Below are positions 51,357 through 64,000 of a stretch of 64,000 nt of DNA, one piece after another. Where the stretch lies: contig OZ024740.1 of NCBI GenBank assembly GCA_964016885.1, forward strand, positions 69,006,001-69,070,000, written 5' to 3'. Position numbers and translations under genes: made by a program. The notes under the pieces are model-generated. The model was not told the origin of the DNA. It was given only the letters and a program-made list of their open reading frames with translations, and ran no database searches. The stretch comes from Eledone cirrhosa. Lineage: Eukaryota. Position 1 is the stretch's first letter, and each line of letters starts with the position of its first letter.

Positions 51357-51506
51357 ATGAACATTTACATGTTTTAGTTGCAATTGACTAATAACATTTA
51401 TTATTTTTTAGATCGTACAGGCACACTTTATGTTGAATTAAGATATTTCATTCTAGCGATTTTATTAGTCAATTGCAACTAAAACATGTAAATGTTCATC
51501 AAATAT
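51350..51506. repeat. perfect 45-bp inverted repeat with ~67 bp spacer (mini fold-back)
   Basis: atatttgatgaacatttacatgttttagttgcaattgactaataa at 51350-51394 and its reverse complement at 51462-51506. Confidence 0.85.
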
Positions 51507-51927
51507 TAATTTATTCTGCTCAGAAGCGATTCTTAGAGCTGAAATGATTGTAAATGACCCCATTGAGTGTAAACTCTAAGCTATATATATATATATATAT
51601 ATAAAGATCTTTAATTCGTTTGGAAGCCTCGACAATGCAAATGGGTAAATCTCCAGGTAACAAGATCCGGTGGTGGAGAGAGAGATGTAAGTGGGTGTAC
51701 GTTGAGAGGTGTGGTGTGTATAAGACGTGTAGAAGAATGAAGGAAAGAGTATAAAGGATAAAATAAAAATAAGAACACGAGAGAGAGAGTGACCTTGGGA
51801 GAGATTTAATTGTCCCTATATATTTCGGATTCACATCCATCAAGTGGGTTTTTTTCCGGGGTAGGGGAAAGGTTGTCTGTCGGAAAGGTGCGAAACGCGT
51901 CCTCCTCTGTTTTCTGTTTTGAATATC

Positions 51928-52073
<146 letters not shown>

Positions 52074-52445
52074 AGTATTTTGTATATTTATCGATATCCG
52101 GTAAGTGTATGAATAAACATTTTGAAAGCCTTCGACTATGGATTTGGTAACTATATGCAAATGAGGCTAATCAGCCCATGTACATTGGTATCAAAACTAT
52201 GCTTTCAGCAGCAAGCAGACTAAGAGAGCACTGACTTTATAACGACTCTGGTCGTTATCAAGACAGTTATCCACCTTTTGCTTCTGCTGGAATCCGCTAG
52301 ATGGCGCTAATCCACCTGTATTCAAATTAATAGCTGATAGTTTTCAAAATATGTATGGGTGGGTAAACATACCATATATCGCTAGATATAGAAAATACAC
52401 ATACTTATATGTATACAGCTATGATAGAACGATGACCTTAATTAA

Positions 52446-52493
<48 letters not shown>

Positions 52494-52516
52494 CACACCC
52501 ACACGAACACACACAA

Positions 52517-52622
<106 letters not shown>

Positions 52623-53349
52623 GAACACACACACAGGCATATATATATTTATGTATGTATTTAATATAAATTATGATGTACTCTTTGGCGAAGATGCTAT
52701 AAAATAGCTTATAAAATAGAACACTTCAAAGATAGGAAAATTGTCATCAGCAATCATTTTTTATATTAACCTCTCAGCATTTTGTAAAAGTCCGAGATAT
52801 CGGCTACTTATACACGATGTATATGAATGTTTATGCGTTCATGAATGTGTGTGCATATATATATGGTGGGTTGTGTAGACGATGTAGTTGCGCTTAGTCC
52901 CTGTTGCTGTTACGTACGTGAGGTTTGAGGGTGTGTGTAAGCTATAGGGAGCTGGAAGGAGGAAAGAAGAATTATGGAGGAAAGAAAAAGGAGGAAGGGT
53001 TCGTAGTTGAAACAACAATTTGTTTTAAAACTTGTTAAAACGGTATATATTTTGTGTTTTATTTTAATTATTCGTGGGAATAAAATGTGATAAAAAGTTG
53101 GGAAAAAGAAAAGAAAAAGAATGAAAAGAAATAAAAAATATTAAAAGAAAATTAAAATTGGGGGTACTAGAGCGTGGAATAATGACTAGGGTTAGTATAA
53201 GCATATCTTCCATAGGCTGGTTCGAGTATCTTGTTGAATTAGTAACGTAGTTGGCGCTTTCGGATATAAAAATCCCTCAACACACTCTTTTAGTTTTCGC
53301 AAATACTTTACATGTAGGAGTATGTGTACAGATGTTTCCAAGTATCCAA

Positions 53350-53592
53350 GTCACTTCGGTTGGGTCTTTCTTCCTAATGAAATGCGCTTCCGTTATTTGG
53401 AGGTTGATTGCGTCTGTTTCGTCTGTGAGCACTTTAGTAGTTATGTTTCTTCTGCATTCCTTGCTTGTGTTACAACACTAGACTGGCTATTGTCTTCTCA
53501 AAGGGATTCTTCACTCTGTCATGTAGCTTTCTTTTGTGGATCCGATGTAGGTTTTCTCGCATGCACCGTTAAATTCATAAACTACGTATTTC
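53350..53592 (-). pseudogene. Penelope-like GIY-YIG endonuclease remnant
   Basis: manual minus-strand translation: KYVVYEFNGACEKTYIGSTK(fs)KLHDRV ... NLQITEAHFIRKKDP. Confidence 0.75.
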
Positions 53593-56500
53593 ATTAAGCA
53601 TGATGGGTTTGTGTTTGTGTTATTGTTGCGTCTGTTCTTGATAAGTGTTGTGGTAGCAGTAGTTTTGTTTTCTGTGACCGGGAAACTGCGCAGACGGCAG
53701 ACGCCTTCTTCGTCGCTCTCTGAGAGGTAATGTCTCAGCCTCCGTTCACTCTGTATTTATTGAGGATCTGTTCCCAATGATTGCATTTATTGGTGGTAAA
53801 CAGGTGACAGATTAATTATAAAAACCTTGCAAGCAACAGAGATATTTAAATTCAGTACTCAAAGAAACTGATAATCATCAAATGGTATCACAATCGACAT
53901 ACGAACAATTCCACCAATTCTCCGCCGATACCTTATTTCAACGACCCTAAAACTCTGAAATGCAATGTTGATATCATTAGAATTTGATTTCAGTGAATAC
54001 CGCAATTTTGATGTTATCTGACTATATGTAGGCGTATAGTTCACTGATATATAGAAATGAGAGTGATGTGTGCCCTGGAACAGACCAATTTGAAATAAAG
54101 AGCTCCATTGGTATCATCATCATGAGACATTCTTACAGGAACGCTACTGATCAAAAAGCATGAAATGAAAAGATTTTATATACGGTAGTTTTTAGCAGAA
54201 GATTGTGTCCCACAGACTGTTGAAATTATTGTTGTCAAACACAAAACATTCCCAAACAGTGAGGTTGAATCGTAAGCCACATAATTTAGCAGTCAACCTC
54301 TTAATACGCATTATATGCTAGAATTTGTATAGTACATTCTTTATATCTTTGTATGTTTTTATATACCTCATTGTCTCTCATCAAAGGAGATTTCTCTCGG
54401 ATAGATCATAACAAAAGATATTTCCTCAATCATCACAAAAGTCGACCAAGTAAAGAATAAATGCTACAAGCAAAGATATTTTTAATGTAATTGTGTACAA
54501 CATCAATTTTTGATACTTCCAGATTTCTGTTTTTCATAAAGCATTAATAAACTTGAATATTTGACTTTCTGTATTGACATTTAGTTCAACCTTCATTAGA
54601 AGAAATTTCAAAATTCCGGAATATATGTTTTTCAGATCGAGATATCGAAATAACACAAACGCAAACATATTCATCTTATCCTGGTTAAAATAATGGTATA
54701 GCTTTTACATGAATTATTAATAGCATTTTAATATAGGATCTCGGGCTGTCATTTGTGTAAAATTACGATATTGGCAATAAAATCTACATTCAGAATCACT
54801 CAAGTACGTTTACATAAATAAAAGATAGTACACGGCTACAGATGCACACACTGAAATACACACACACCCATGCGTACATAAACACTCAAATACGTATATG
54901 AGGTGGGTGATAGTGGAAAGCGCATGAACGTGTATATAATGTGTAATATGGGTTCACATAAACAACAATATATGTGTAGGGTCATAAATGTTATATAATA
55001 TTGTCAGTTGTAGTTACGATATCGTAATTTCATATTTATAAGAAATAACTGTTGGTCGAGAAAATGAAGTGAATCTTCCGGTACTATATGTTATCCCATG
55101 ATGTAAGCAGTTCAACGTTTAAAACATTTTTTCTTCGTGTATGTTATCTATATTTAAATACGTGAAGATAGGAATTGAAAAAGCACACGAGCAAAAAATT
55201 TAATTGCGATATAATAAATAAAAATTCAAAATAACAGTACAGTAGAAAAATATGTAAAAAAATAAAGAATGAAACTATAGGATATATAAATTGTTTCAAA
55301 TGTTATAATGAGTTTCAGAAAACCAAGTAATGAGTACACCTGTTGAATAATGATCTATCTCTTGTATATGATGGAAATGTCATGTGGGGTTACAAATATA
55401 GCCTTTGTACAATAGTTCAGTGTTAGCCCAATTAACGCGGTAGGCGTCTCATCTAATATGTTAGAAATCATGTTTTTGGTAAAGATCTATGGCTTTTTCT
55501 GATTATTTGAAAAAGAAGTAGTATTATCCTGTATGAAGCTCTTCTCATCTGTACAAAAACGACATCCTGATTCATATATCTGTTTAGGTAGATATATTCC
55601 ATATGGTATTCAATCGTTGATATCATGTTTTGTAAAGCAATTAATCAAATGAAAAGTATTGATAAGAGATGTGTGTCTTTGTGTGTGTATGTTGGTGTAT
55701 ATGTGTCTGTTGGTGTATGTGTACATGTGCAGACCCCTGTACTGTTCAATAGCGTTCTCATCTGTGTGACCACACCACTATTAAGAGTGAATAAATAGAA
55801 GTCAAGTTTAACATTAGATTCAACGGAAACCTGTTTATCCTCAAACGGCTGATGTTAATTCAAGCACAGATCTCAACAAAAAATTGAAATATGGTGCACT
55901 GGCGAATGTTTTCTGGAAACACTGTTAGCTATCATTTCGCAACTTATAATCTTTTGGCCCTGATTCTTAACATTCAGAAACATCATTTCCAAAGACTGCT
56001 CCCAGAGACCTGTCAAGGCTGTCTAAGTGCAGCCAAGTGAGATAGGTCCTGTGGTTAACTGATTAGCCCTGGCGTTCGCTGTCTACGCGGAATTTGAATT
56101 CGGGAAAACACCTTTAATCCTCTCATCAATTCGTTAGCAATTCCAGCAATCTACCGACAGGGAATAGCATTTCAGTTACTGAATCTGAAGTGATGAAAAG
56201 CAAAACAGAAAGCAAAGATGCAGAGTAGAGAGTACGAGATACTGCATTACATTCTATCATATATACGGCATAGAAATACACATTTCGCAACCTCAATAGC
56301 CCATTATAATTCTTTTTTTTTTCTTTGTTAAATACATGGGAATGCTTATAATATAACAATGTTATATTATCAATCCATTTAGGTTGTTTCCATGGAAGTG
56401 GTTTGTGTTTCTAATTGACTTTCATTTTCAGTTTTTAGTACGTTTTTTACTCATAATTTATTCGTGCTTTCAGGTTTTGCATAGTGTTTTGCATATTATT

Positions 56501-57184
56501 TTGTAAAGTTATTCATGTATCGTTATTTCAGAACCGATTCTTCCTGCTACTTTGTAAATAATGTATAAACGTATACTACTGGAGTATAAAAAAAATCTCC
56601 TTTGATGAGAGACAATGAGGTATATAAAAACATACAAAGATATAATGAATGTGCTATACAAATTCTAGCATATAAAGCGTATATTACTTCGCTATGATAT
56701 TTGATCACTTTACAATCAACTGTTCCATAGTGATATTATGCAAATCAATGCTTTCAACTTTATACGAAATAAAGTAATGTGAGGAAAGGTACGATATTCA
56801 AAGTTGATGCCACTTTCCAATCAATATTCCAATTTCATGCAATTTACATGCAGAAATTTCACGTATAAAATAAATATAATGTAAAATATATTAATTATAT
56901 ATCATATATATATTTTTTTATCTTAACGGTGTGTATTATATATATTTACATTATACTAATACGTTTCGTTAATTTATAGTCAGTGGTATTCAATCATAAT
57001 ATTTCACAAATAAAGTATGTAACATATCTCAATACATCCGTTCATGTGTTACTTGGTTAGTAAAAAACAGATTGCGAGCAAAGATTATATGTATATATAA
57101 TTATACACACATACATATATATATGTATATATATATATATATATTATATTATATTATATACATACGCATAGACACACTTACATG

Positions 57185-57217
<33 letters not shown>

Positions 57218-57324
57218 ATGTGTGTCTGTGTTAGAGTTAGTGGCTCGTTGCTCAGGATATTTTCCTGTATATTTACAAGAACGTCAAATGATTTACACTG
57301 CTATTGACCTTAATTACAAAACGG

Positions 57325-57388
<64 letters not shown>

Positions 57389-58014
57389 ATGTGTGGGTGT
57401 GTATGTGGGTGTGTGTGTGTGTGTGTGGGTGTGTGTGTGTGTGTGTGTAGGTTTGTATCTAAGTATGTATGTATTAGTTTATGGGGTTAATAGGAAAGTG
57501 TGTTATGTTAAATGAATTATAACGTTTCCTTTCGCGTTATAGATACAATATTGCCGTGGATTTAGTTACACTGTATAGAAAACACAAATATATAGAGAGA
57601 CACATGCACCCAGAGACCTGATTTATTACAGCTTCCTGGGATTTCAACACCTTCGACGATAAGCATTCTGTCTCTTGACCACCTCATCGTCCGACTTGCG
57701 TGTTAACGTGCAAGTGGCAGACTATTCCATAGACGCGTTTTAACTTAATGCATTTCCCATCAGACTACTCGAATTACAATTACATTCCTTCCAACGGATT
57801 TCATACAGTCTCCATCAATCTGAAACCAACTCAAAAGGCTTTGGTTTATACGAGGTGATGGTAAAGACTCTTGACAAAGTTCAAAGCAGTTTATAGATAA
57901 TATTTCTTCAGAATTGCGAAACGAACTTCCCAACCATTCAGTCATACTGCACACATCAGAAGAAAACACTGCTATTGCTCGTGAGTTGGGAAGGATACGT
58001 AGATACACAAATGA

Positions 58015-59900
58015 CATTTTGTGGAGGTTGTCGTGGATGGAACTGTCTGGAAGGGTGCATGTCTGCGCCACTCCCACCAGACCACCGGCGATAAGCATCA
58101 ACCCTTTTGCCAAAATCTTGAACTTTGGGTTTAACAGAGTTATGGGCTTGAAATGTTTTATGTTGTCCGCTTGTTCGAGTCCTTTCTCAGCAACGCCACC
58201 GCTCCTTGGCTCACAGAGCTGGAAATTCTCTCGTTCTGCTTCCAGTTGCAGTACACGTCCACCAAGAGGTTGCCGAACAAGTCGGGCATGTGTACATAAA
58301 TCTCGTAGGGCAGGCCATCCAAACCAGGCGATTTACCCACCGTGCAGCCAATCATTGCTACCCGTACATCAGCAGCTGTTATCCGCTTTTCGGAACAATC
58401 CAACACAGTGGCTGAGAGTCGTGGTAGTCTGTCGAGGTAGGCGCTAAATTCCATCCTGCTATCCGACTCACCACTGCCCCCGAAAAGCTGCGCGAAGTGG
58501 TGCTGAGCGGATCGGGCTTTGTTGTCACTTCGTGCCTCTGCCACTCCGGCCCATCGAACGGTTTTTTTTTACCTCGTGTCTGAGAGCAGGTGCCCTAGCT
58601 CTGACAACGCAGCCAAATCACAATTTGCGTTGAAGAATCAGTCGAGGCCCAATCTTGCCGCAAGGGCGTCAGCCGCGATGCCTTTACTAAGTGCTTCGTC
58701 TAAATGTCTAATTAGTTCTCCCTCTACTCTATGTTTCTCTATTGCTAACGCCTTACTAAAGCTAATCGCCCTTTTCAGGGCGAACCTCCATTTGTTGTTG
58801 ACGATTTCCCGCGTTGAGGCCCGCTAAACTAGTTCGCTAACCCGGTCTCTGTAGGCGTTGCGAGCTGCGAACGACGCGTTTAGCTTCCAGTAGCCGGGGC
58901 TCTGTCTATGAAGCCTATCTAAGTCGACCACACACATCCGGAATTTCAGTTCCATGTAGACTATCTTGAATTGTGGACAACCTATGCTAGACCTATCTAC
59001 TTCCTTACAACATACTCTATCTAGATACGATCTGGATGTACCGATGCGGTTTGTCTATGCCCACATTAGAAACTTCGGGCAATCCACACGGTACCTGGAA
59101 ACTTATGAGCAGATTTTAGAGGCTTAAACCTTCCTCCACTATCTGCTAATCCCACACAATCCCAGTGTGCATCCAAGATGACGTTCCAATCGCCCACTAA
59201 TATTAAAGAGCGGAACGTTCCAAGGAAGGTATCCAGTCGCCTGAAGAAATCAGGCCATCCTACCCCTGTCAGGGTATAAAAGGCCCCTACCCTAACGCAT
59301 AGCCTTCGCTGCTGGTCACGTCGTATACCACCGACTTACCTTATGCTTCCAGGGACATGGTGCGTATCAAGAGATCCAAGCCTCTCCGAACCAACACAGC
59401 AACTCCGTCTCCTGATCCCGGCTGGTTTGAAGATGCGTATACATCGTACCCGCCGAAGATGGGTGCGAAAGCTTGTGCCTCGGAAATGCTGTTGTCACTG
59501 ATGGCCACCACATCTATGTTCGTTGACCTGAGATCGTTGAGCAGGTGATCCTGCTTTCATGATGACCCCAGGCCACGTGCATTTATGCTGATTATTCTGA
59601 GTAAGCTCATGATGAGTGAGGAATAGGATATGTGATAAAGGATCACTCGCCCTGTTACCTAGAGAAGGGGTGGTTGAATCGTCTCTTCGGCTAGTTGTGG
59701 GCACCTCCTTGAGAATGTCAGTGCATAGTCATTTCGTCAGTTATCCTCTGAAATCCCCAACACAGTTGGGAAATTTACTTTCTAATTCTTTGTATTGTTC
59801 TACATATAGTTCAATTACTGGGCAGTTTTAGGTGTAATTGATGGTGTTGGTGATGTGTAGTAGTTGCTGTCTGTAATGCTTGTATGTGTTTCATCAAATC
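58015..59900 (-). mobile_element. older Tx1 copy (family C): ORF1 end, APE and start of RT
   Basis: MSLLRIISINAR, KSPGLDGLPYE, AQTCTLPDSSIHDNLH; many lesions. Confidence 0.85.
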
Positions 59901-60169
59901 CTCATTGTCTGTGTTTATGGCAATGTATTTTTTATTAGGGAGGGGTTTTGCTTTGTTGTGCTTTTTATTGCTGTTGCATGGTGTGTGTATGTGTGCAGTA
60001 CCAGCAAGATCAACAACACCACAAACTGCAACAACAGAAGCACCAGCAAACCCTATAATTTCACTGAAAGCAGTAAAAGAACCAATGATTGGCAAGAAGT
60101 AAAGAGATTAAGAGACGGGGGGGGGGGGTTCAACAGTACGTTCAAAGTGAATGACGATAATAAGTGAAA

Positions 60170-61350
60170 TGTGTTAGATAACCTCAGCAGAGTTTAATAT
60201 TTGGGCCAATATGCTAGCAACGAGTTTGGCGATTGTCTTCAAAAGTGTAGAAAGGGAGGCTCAACTTTCTGCATCCCGACCAAGTCTATACATTGCAACC
60301 TCTACTCATGGGATACAGTATAGATAGGGAATGAAATAAACCTAGAATCAATGGGTCTTTCTGATCATATTTAATCAATTCAAACCTTTTGATAGGGTCG
60401 ACCATCGATACCTGAATGATGGCTTCAATACTGCCGGCTTCAGTCCCGTATGTAACGGCTGGATCACTGCAATGCACAGCGGCTTCTACAGAGTGGTAAA
60501 AATTAAAGGCTACATATCAGATCTATTCTAAATCAGGCACGCAGTCCGAAAATGATGTCTTCTCGCCTCCCTCCAAAACGCATTGATTCTCGAATCACTA
60601 CTGTGGAGGCATTATTGCAGGAAATCCCATTCCAAACGGGTGGGGTAAGACTGCCTCGACATATGCGGACTTCGTAAACGTGATGGTGTCGATCACCTTG
60701 GAAATCGAGGTGGTCGGCAACGATATAGAGGAATATGAAGATTTTATGGGATTAAAGATCAACCCGGACATATTGGTGGCTTTGAAGTTTGGCCCCGGAA
60801 AGGCAAATCCATGCCATTCAACAACATTGTCAGACCCTGGACGGACTTACCTGTGAAATTGCTCAGGGTTTGGCTTGAGAGAGACCAACAGCTGGACAAA
60901 AAATTGTGACCAGGTGCTGAGTAGAGTGGACGCGGCTAATAGGACTGAAGATATACTCTATCCTCTTCGGTTAAGCCCTCATCAAGTTTTCAGGATCCGT
61001 TTGGAAAAGAAGTTGAGGTTGGTGAGAGAATTGCTGCTGCCAATACATTTGTTAAAAGTGGATGGCTGTAGTGGGGATGGGCCTCCGATGAACATACACC
61101 CTAAGTGTTTTTGGATGAGAACTTTCCCATTGCACTCGAGGGAAGTTCAGTGATTAGGATATGTGGGGTTCCTACGTTACCCTTGGGTAAAACTCCCACT
61201 ATTAAAGAATGATTGTTAAAATTATATTGTTTATTGTTATCAGTTATGTTTGTTTACACTTTTAAATTTTGTTTACAACTTTTTTATAAATCAGCAGTCA
61301 CTCTCTTTTGTATTGCCCTAAATATTTCAGCCCTTGTGGCCAATAAAGAA
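60170..61350 (+). mobile_element. highly decayed Tx1 3' portion (family D)
   Basis: FDRVDHRYL, YAD and PVKLL remnants; 3' UTR gcccttgtggccaataaa. Confidence 0.75.
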
Positions 61351-61382
61351 ATGATAATAATAGTAATAATAATTATAATAAT

Positions 61383-61520
61383 AAATCCCGCCTAGGTTAG
61401 ATTTGCTTTTCATCCTTAAGGTGTCGATAAAATAAAGCATCAGTAATGCCCTGGGTCGATTTAATCGACTTTACCCTCTCTATAAATTGCTGGCCTTGTG
61501 CCTATAGTGGAAATCCTTAT
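61383..61520 (+). mobile_element. 5'-truncated SINE
   Basis: core gtcgataaaataaag, gtcgatttaatcgac hairpin, ggccttgtgcct. Confidence 0.8.
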
Positions 61521-62400
61521 TATTCATGTCGTTCTTGTTGTTTTTGTTTTTGTTGTATTTTGTTGTTGTTGTTTTTTTTGTTTTTATGCTGTTGATTTTT
61601 TTTTTTTATTGTTATTATAATCAAGCAAATACATATGATGATGTGAATTAGTCTTATGTGAAAACTATAAACAAAAGTATATTCTAGCTACTTGAAAATA
61701 CGTTTGCATCATACCTATTATGATTATATATCAAGAAAACGATTCACATTTTTGTATATTCTATTCTAATGACACTCACTGTGAATTAGAGTGTTAAGCA
61801 TTTGCTAAATCTACTTCAAATAATTTAAATCCACTTACATTTCGTTATGACAAGTTAGAAAAAAACATTTCAACGTTACCTCAATTGTCACTTTCATTTC
61901 TTTCACAATTTTCTCCCATTCACATTCTACCTATAATTTACTGAAATATATTTCTCTCTCACTTTCACTCACTTTCTCTCCCTCTACCCCCCCCCCCCCC
62001 ACCTCTCTCTCTCCCTTTCTCTTGGTTTATATATATATATATATATAAATATATATTTGAGGGCGACTGACCGAGGTGAAAACAGCTAGTTGGTCAGTCG
62101 TCCTCTCTGTCTCTGATTTTTGGACCCATGGATTTTTATATATTCCTTTGTTATATTTCGAATACCTGATGATATCACCCGACTCATACGGAACCCGGTC
62201 ATTGAAATGATCATAGTATAATAAACCTTTCAAGCATTTACACCAGTCCAGCCTCCTGTTATTCATAATATTTAACTCCGTATTCGCACCACCAACTACA
62301 CAAACGAAGACGGGTGAACTGCACTACGTTGAGTACTTTCCATAATATTGCATCAAGAATGACAAATTATATCCGGTGGTGAACCAAAAAACCTAAATAA

Positions 62401-62463
<63 letters not shown>

Positions 62464-62499
62464 CCACTAGATTCCTACTGCGAATACATGAATTTTTCC

Positions 62500-63085
62500 T
62501 TGGTAAAATTGGAAATGGAATCATGACATAAAATTTCTCAAATCTTTGGAATAACTTAATTGATTTGTAAGCAATCACTGAAATAATTACTAACAAAGCT
62601 GATAAAGGTACCAATGTGGTCATCATGAATATAGAGTACTTTAAAGATATGACATTTAGAATGCTAGAAGACAACTGTTACTATGAAAATACAACCAATT
62701 ACAAATAATAAAGAAATATGGAAAATCTTTTAACTAAATAATTCCTCCAACGGTCTAACCCCGAAAGAAATCTACGACTCTTAAAAGTGTCAACCGAAAA
62801 TGCTAAAATCCAATCTGATAAATGACGCTTATGTATTCTAAAAATGAAATTGAACATTCCCTTTAACCCAGCAAAAAGGATTTGTAGATTATTATCGGAA
62901 CCGATCAACCATGAGCAAATACTGGATGAACTCAAAATATACTAAAGACCATTTCCATTTGTCCGCAGAATGGAATGAGCTAAACATATAGATATCCAAG
63001 AACTAAAGACAACAAAAAACGAAACCAGAGACAATGTTTTACCATATGTGTCTAGCTTCAACTCCCAAATATCGACAACACTAAC
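62500..63085 (+). pseudogene. internally deleted Penelope-like RT remnant
   Basis: manual translation: KADKGTNVVIMNIEYFKDMTFRMLED from 62595, then NIPFNPAKRICRLLS and NVLPYVSSFN. Confidence 0.75.
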
Positions 63086-63089
63086 AGCA

Positions 63090-64000
63090 ATTATGAAAAG
63101 CAGCAAATAGCACTAACGACAATGTAAACACCAACGAGGGTACTTTTCCAGCCACAGCTGCAAAAGTTCAAACTCTGTACACAAATGATTTAAAAGAAAA
63201 GAAAGAACGTTTGGCCTAGGCGACAAAGCTCATCACCAGAGATAAGGCCCTGGCCGAGTTACACGTTCTGCCAGATGTGATGGCATAGGCGGAGAGAAGA
63301 ACTCTGAAATATAGCCGCATTTCTGTGCAATTTTGCAATGTTAAGATAGTCTTCCAAGCATAATTTGAAGTTGCAATGAAGTGCATCATAAGGACAATGA
63401 GCACATAGCAAGGGCCAAGCAATTTGAAAGAATCCCGGGACTTCTCAAAACTGAGGCTTTGCTATGAAGCATTAGGACATGGAGAGAAGAGGTGTAAAGG
63501 TACGTGTTCCAATGATACCGCCAAAACTGGGAATATGGTGGCTCTTGGGAGGCATGGCTGCGTTACTTCCTTGATGTAAAATTTACAAAGCCGGTGAAAT
63601 GGTCCAGGACTGGTTAGGACATTCTTCTTCATATCAAACCAAATGACATAAAAAAATATCCAGGGCCACTTCAACTATCAGACGGGTAAAAGATACAGGT
63701 GATTACTGAAACTGTATTGCCGCACTGTTTTGTTTGTGGTGAAGACACACATCTCTGAACCTTCTAACATCAGCTGAAAAAGACAGGGGTCGCAAATCTC
63801 TCTTGCAGCAACCACCGGCGGTGTTGGGACAAACCACCGTGGAAGCAACAATGCCGGCACCGGCACGAGCAATAGTAGAAGCAACAGTACCATCAGTAGT
63901 AGCAGCAGCTAAACCTCCTGCAACAACAACTATGACAGAATCAACCAAATGCGATGACGAGAAATTTATCACACCTTCTCTCCCTCCCCAATCCATTTAT
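63090..64000 (+). mobile_element. decayed Tx1 ORF1 region, running off the window
   Basis: PLQLSDG..IQVITE..LPHCFVCGEDTHL and TKCDDE align with Tx1-B ORF1 (IELTDGSHLTVIVEGRRPRCVVCG..THL; TDCDDE). Confidence 0.7.

Noticed and set aside
51860-51907. Hammerhead suggested by GCGAAACGCGTC
   Set aside because: No CUGANGA-like core upstream; at best a decayed remnant.
58015-61350. Twin-priming 5' inversion of a single Tx1 insertion
   Set aside because: The overlapping RT segments of the two halves are far too divergent; they are separate copies.

Overview
This is AT-rich, microsatellite-dense eukaryotic DNA. The SINE type and repeat landscape suggest a cephalopod such as Octopus (inference). I found no host protein-coding gene. 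The core (~7.7-45.4 kb) is a nested cluster of decayed non-LTR retrotransposons in and around (AAT)n tracts. It holds two R4/Dong-like families (single ORF, RT + CCHC + restriction-like endonuclease) and Tx1/L1-clade families (ORF1 with zinc knuckle; ORF2 with APE + RT + CCHC). Within the cluster Dong and Tx1 always lie on opposite strands, and the polarity of the whole array flips at ~33.9 kb. The flanks contain tRNA-derived SINEs, Penelope-like (PLE) remnants (RT and GIY-YIG fragments, inverted pseudo-LTRs), several hammerhead-ribozyme motifs including core variants, fold-back elements and a probable non-autonomous RTE derivative. The main leads are: (1) a covarying CUUGU-loop hairpin shared by the 3' ends of three Tx1 families and the SINE; (2) apparent (TAA)n targeting by Tx1, antiparallel to Dong; (3) a 52-54 nt GT..AG segment at the Tx1 ORF1/ORF2 boundary whose removal fuses the ORFs in frame in family B; (4) variant minimal hammerheads in PLE termini; (5) a pseudoknotted 5' leader on the second Dong family. 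All alignments and folds were done by eye, and boundaries are approximate.
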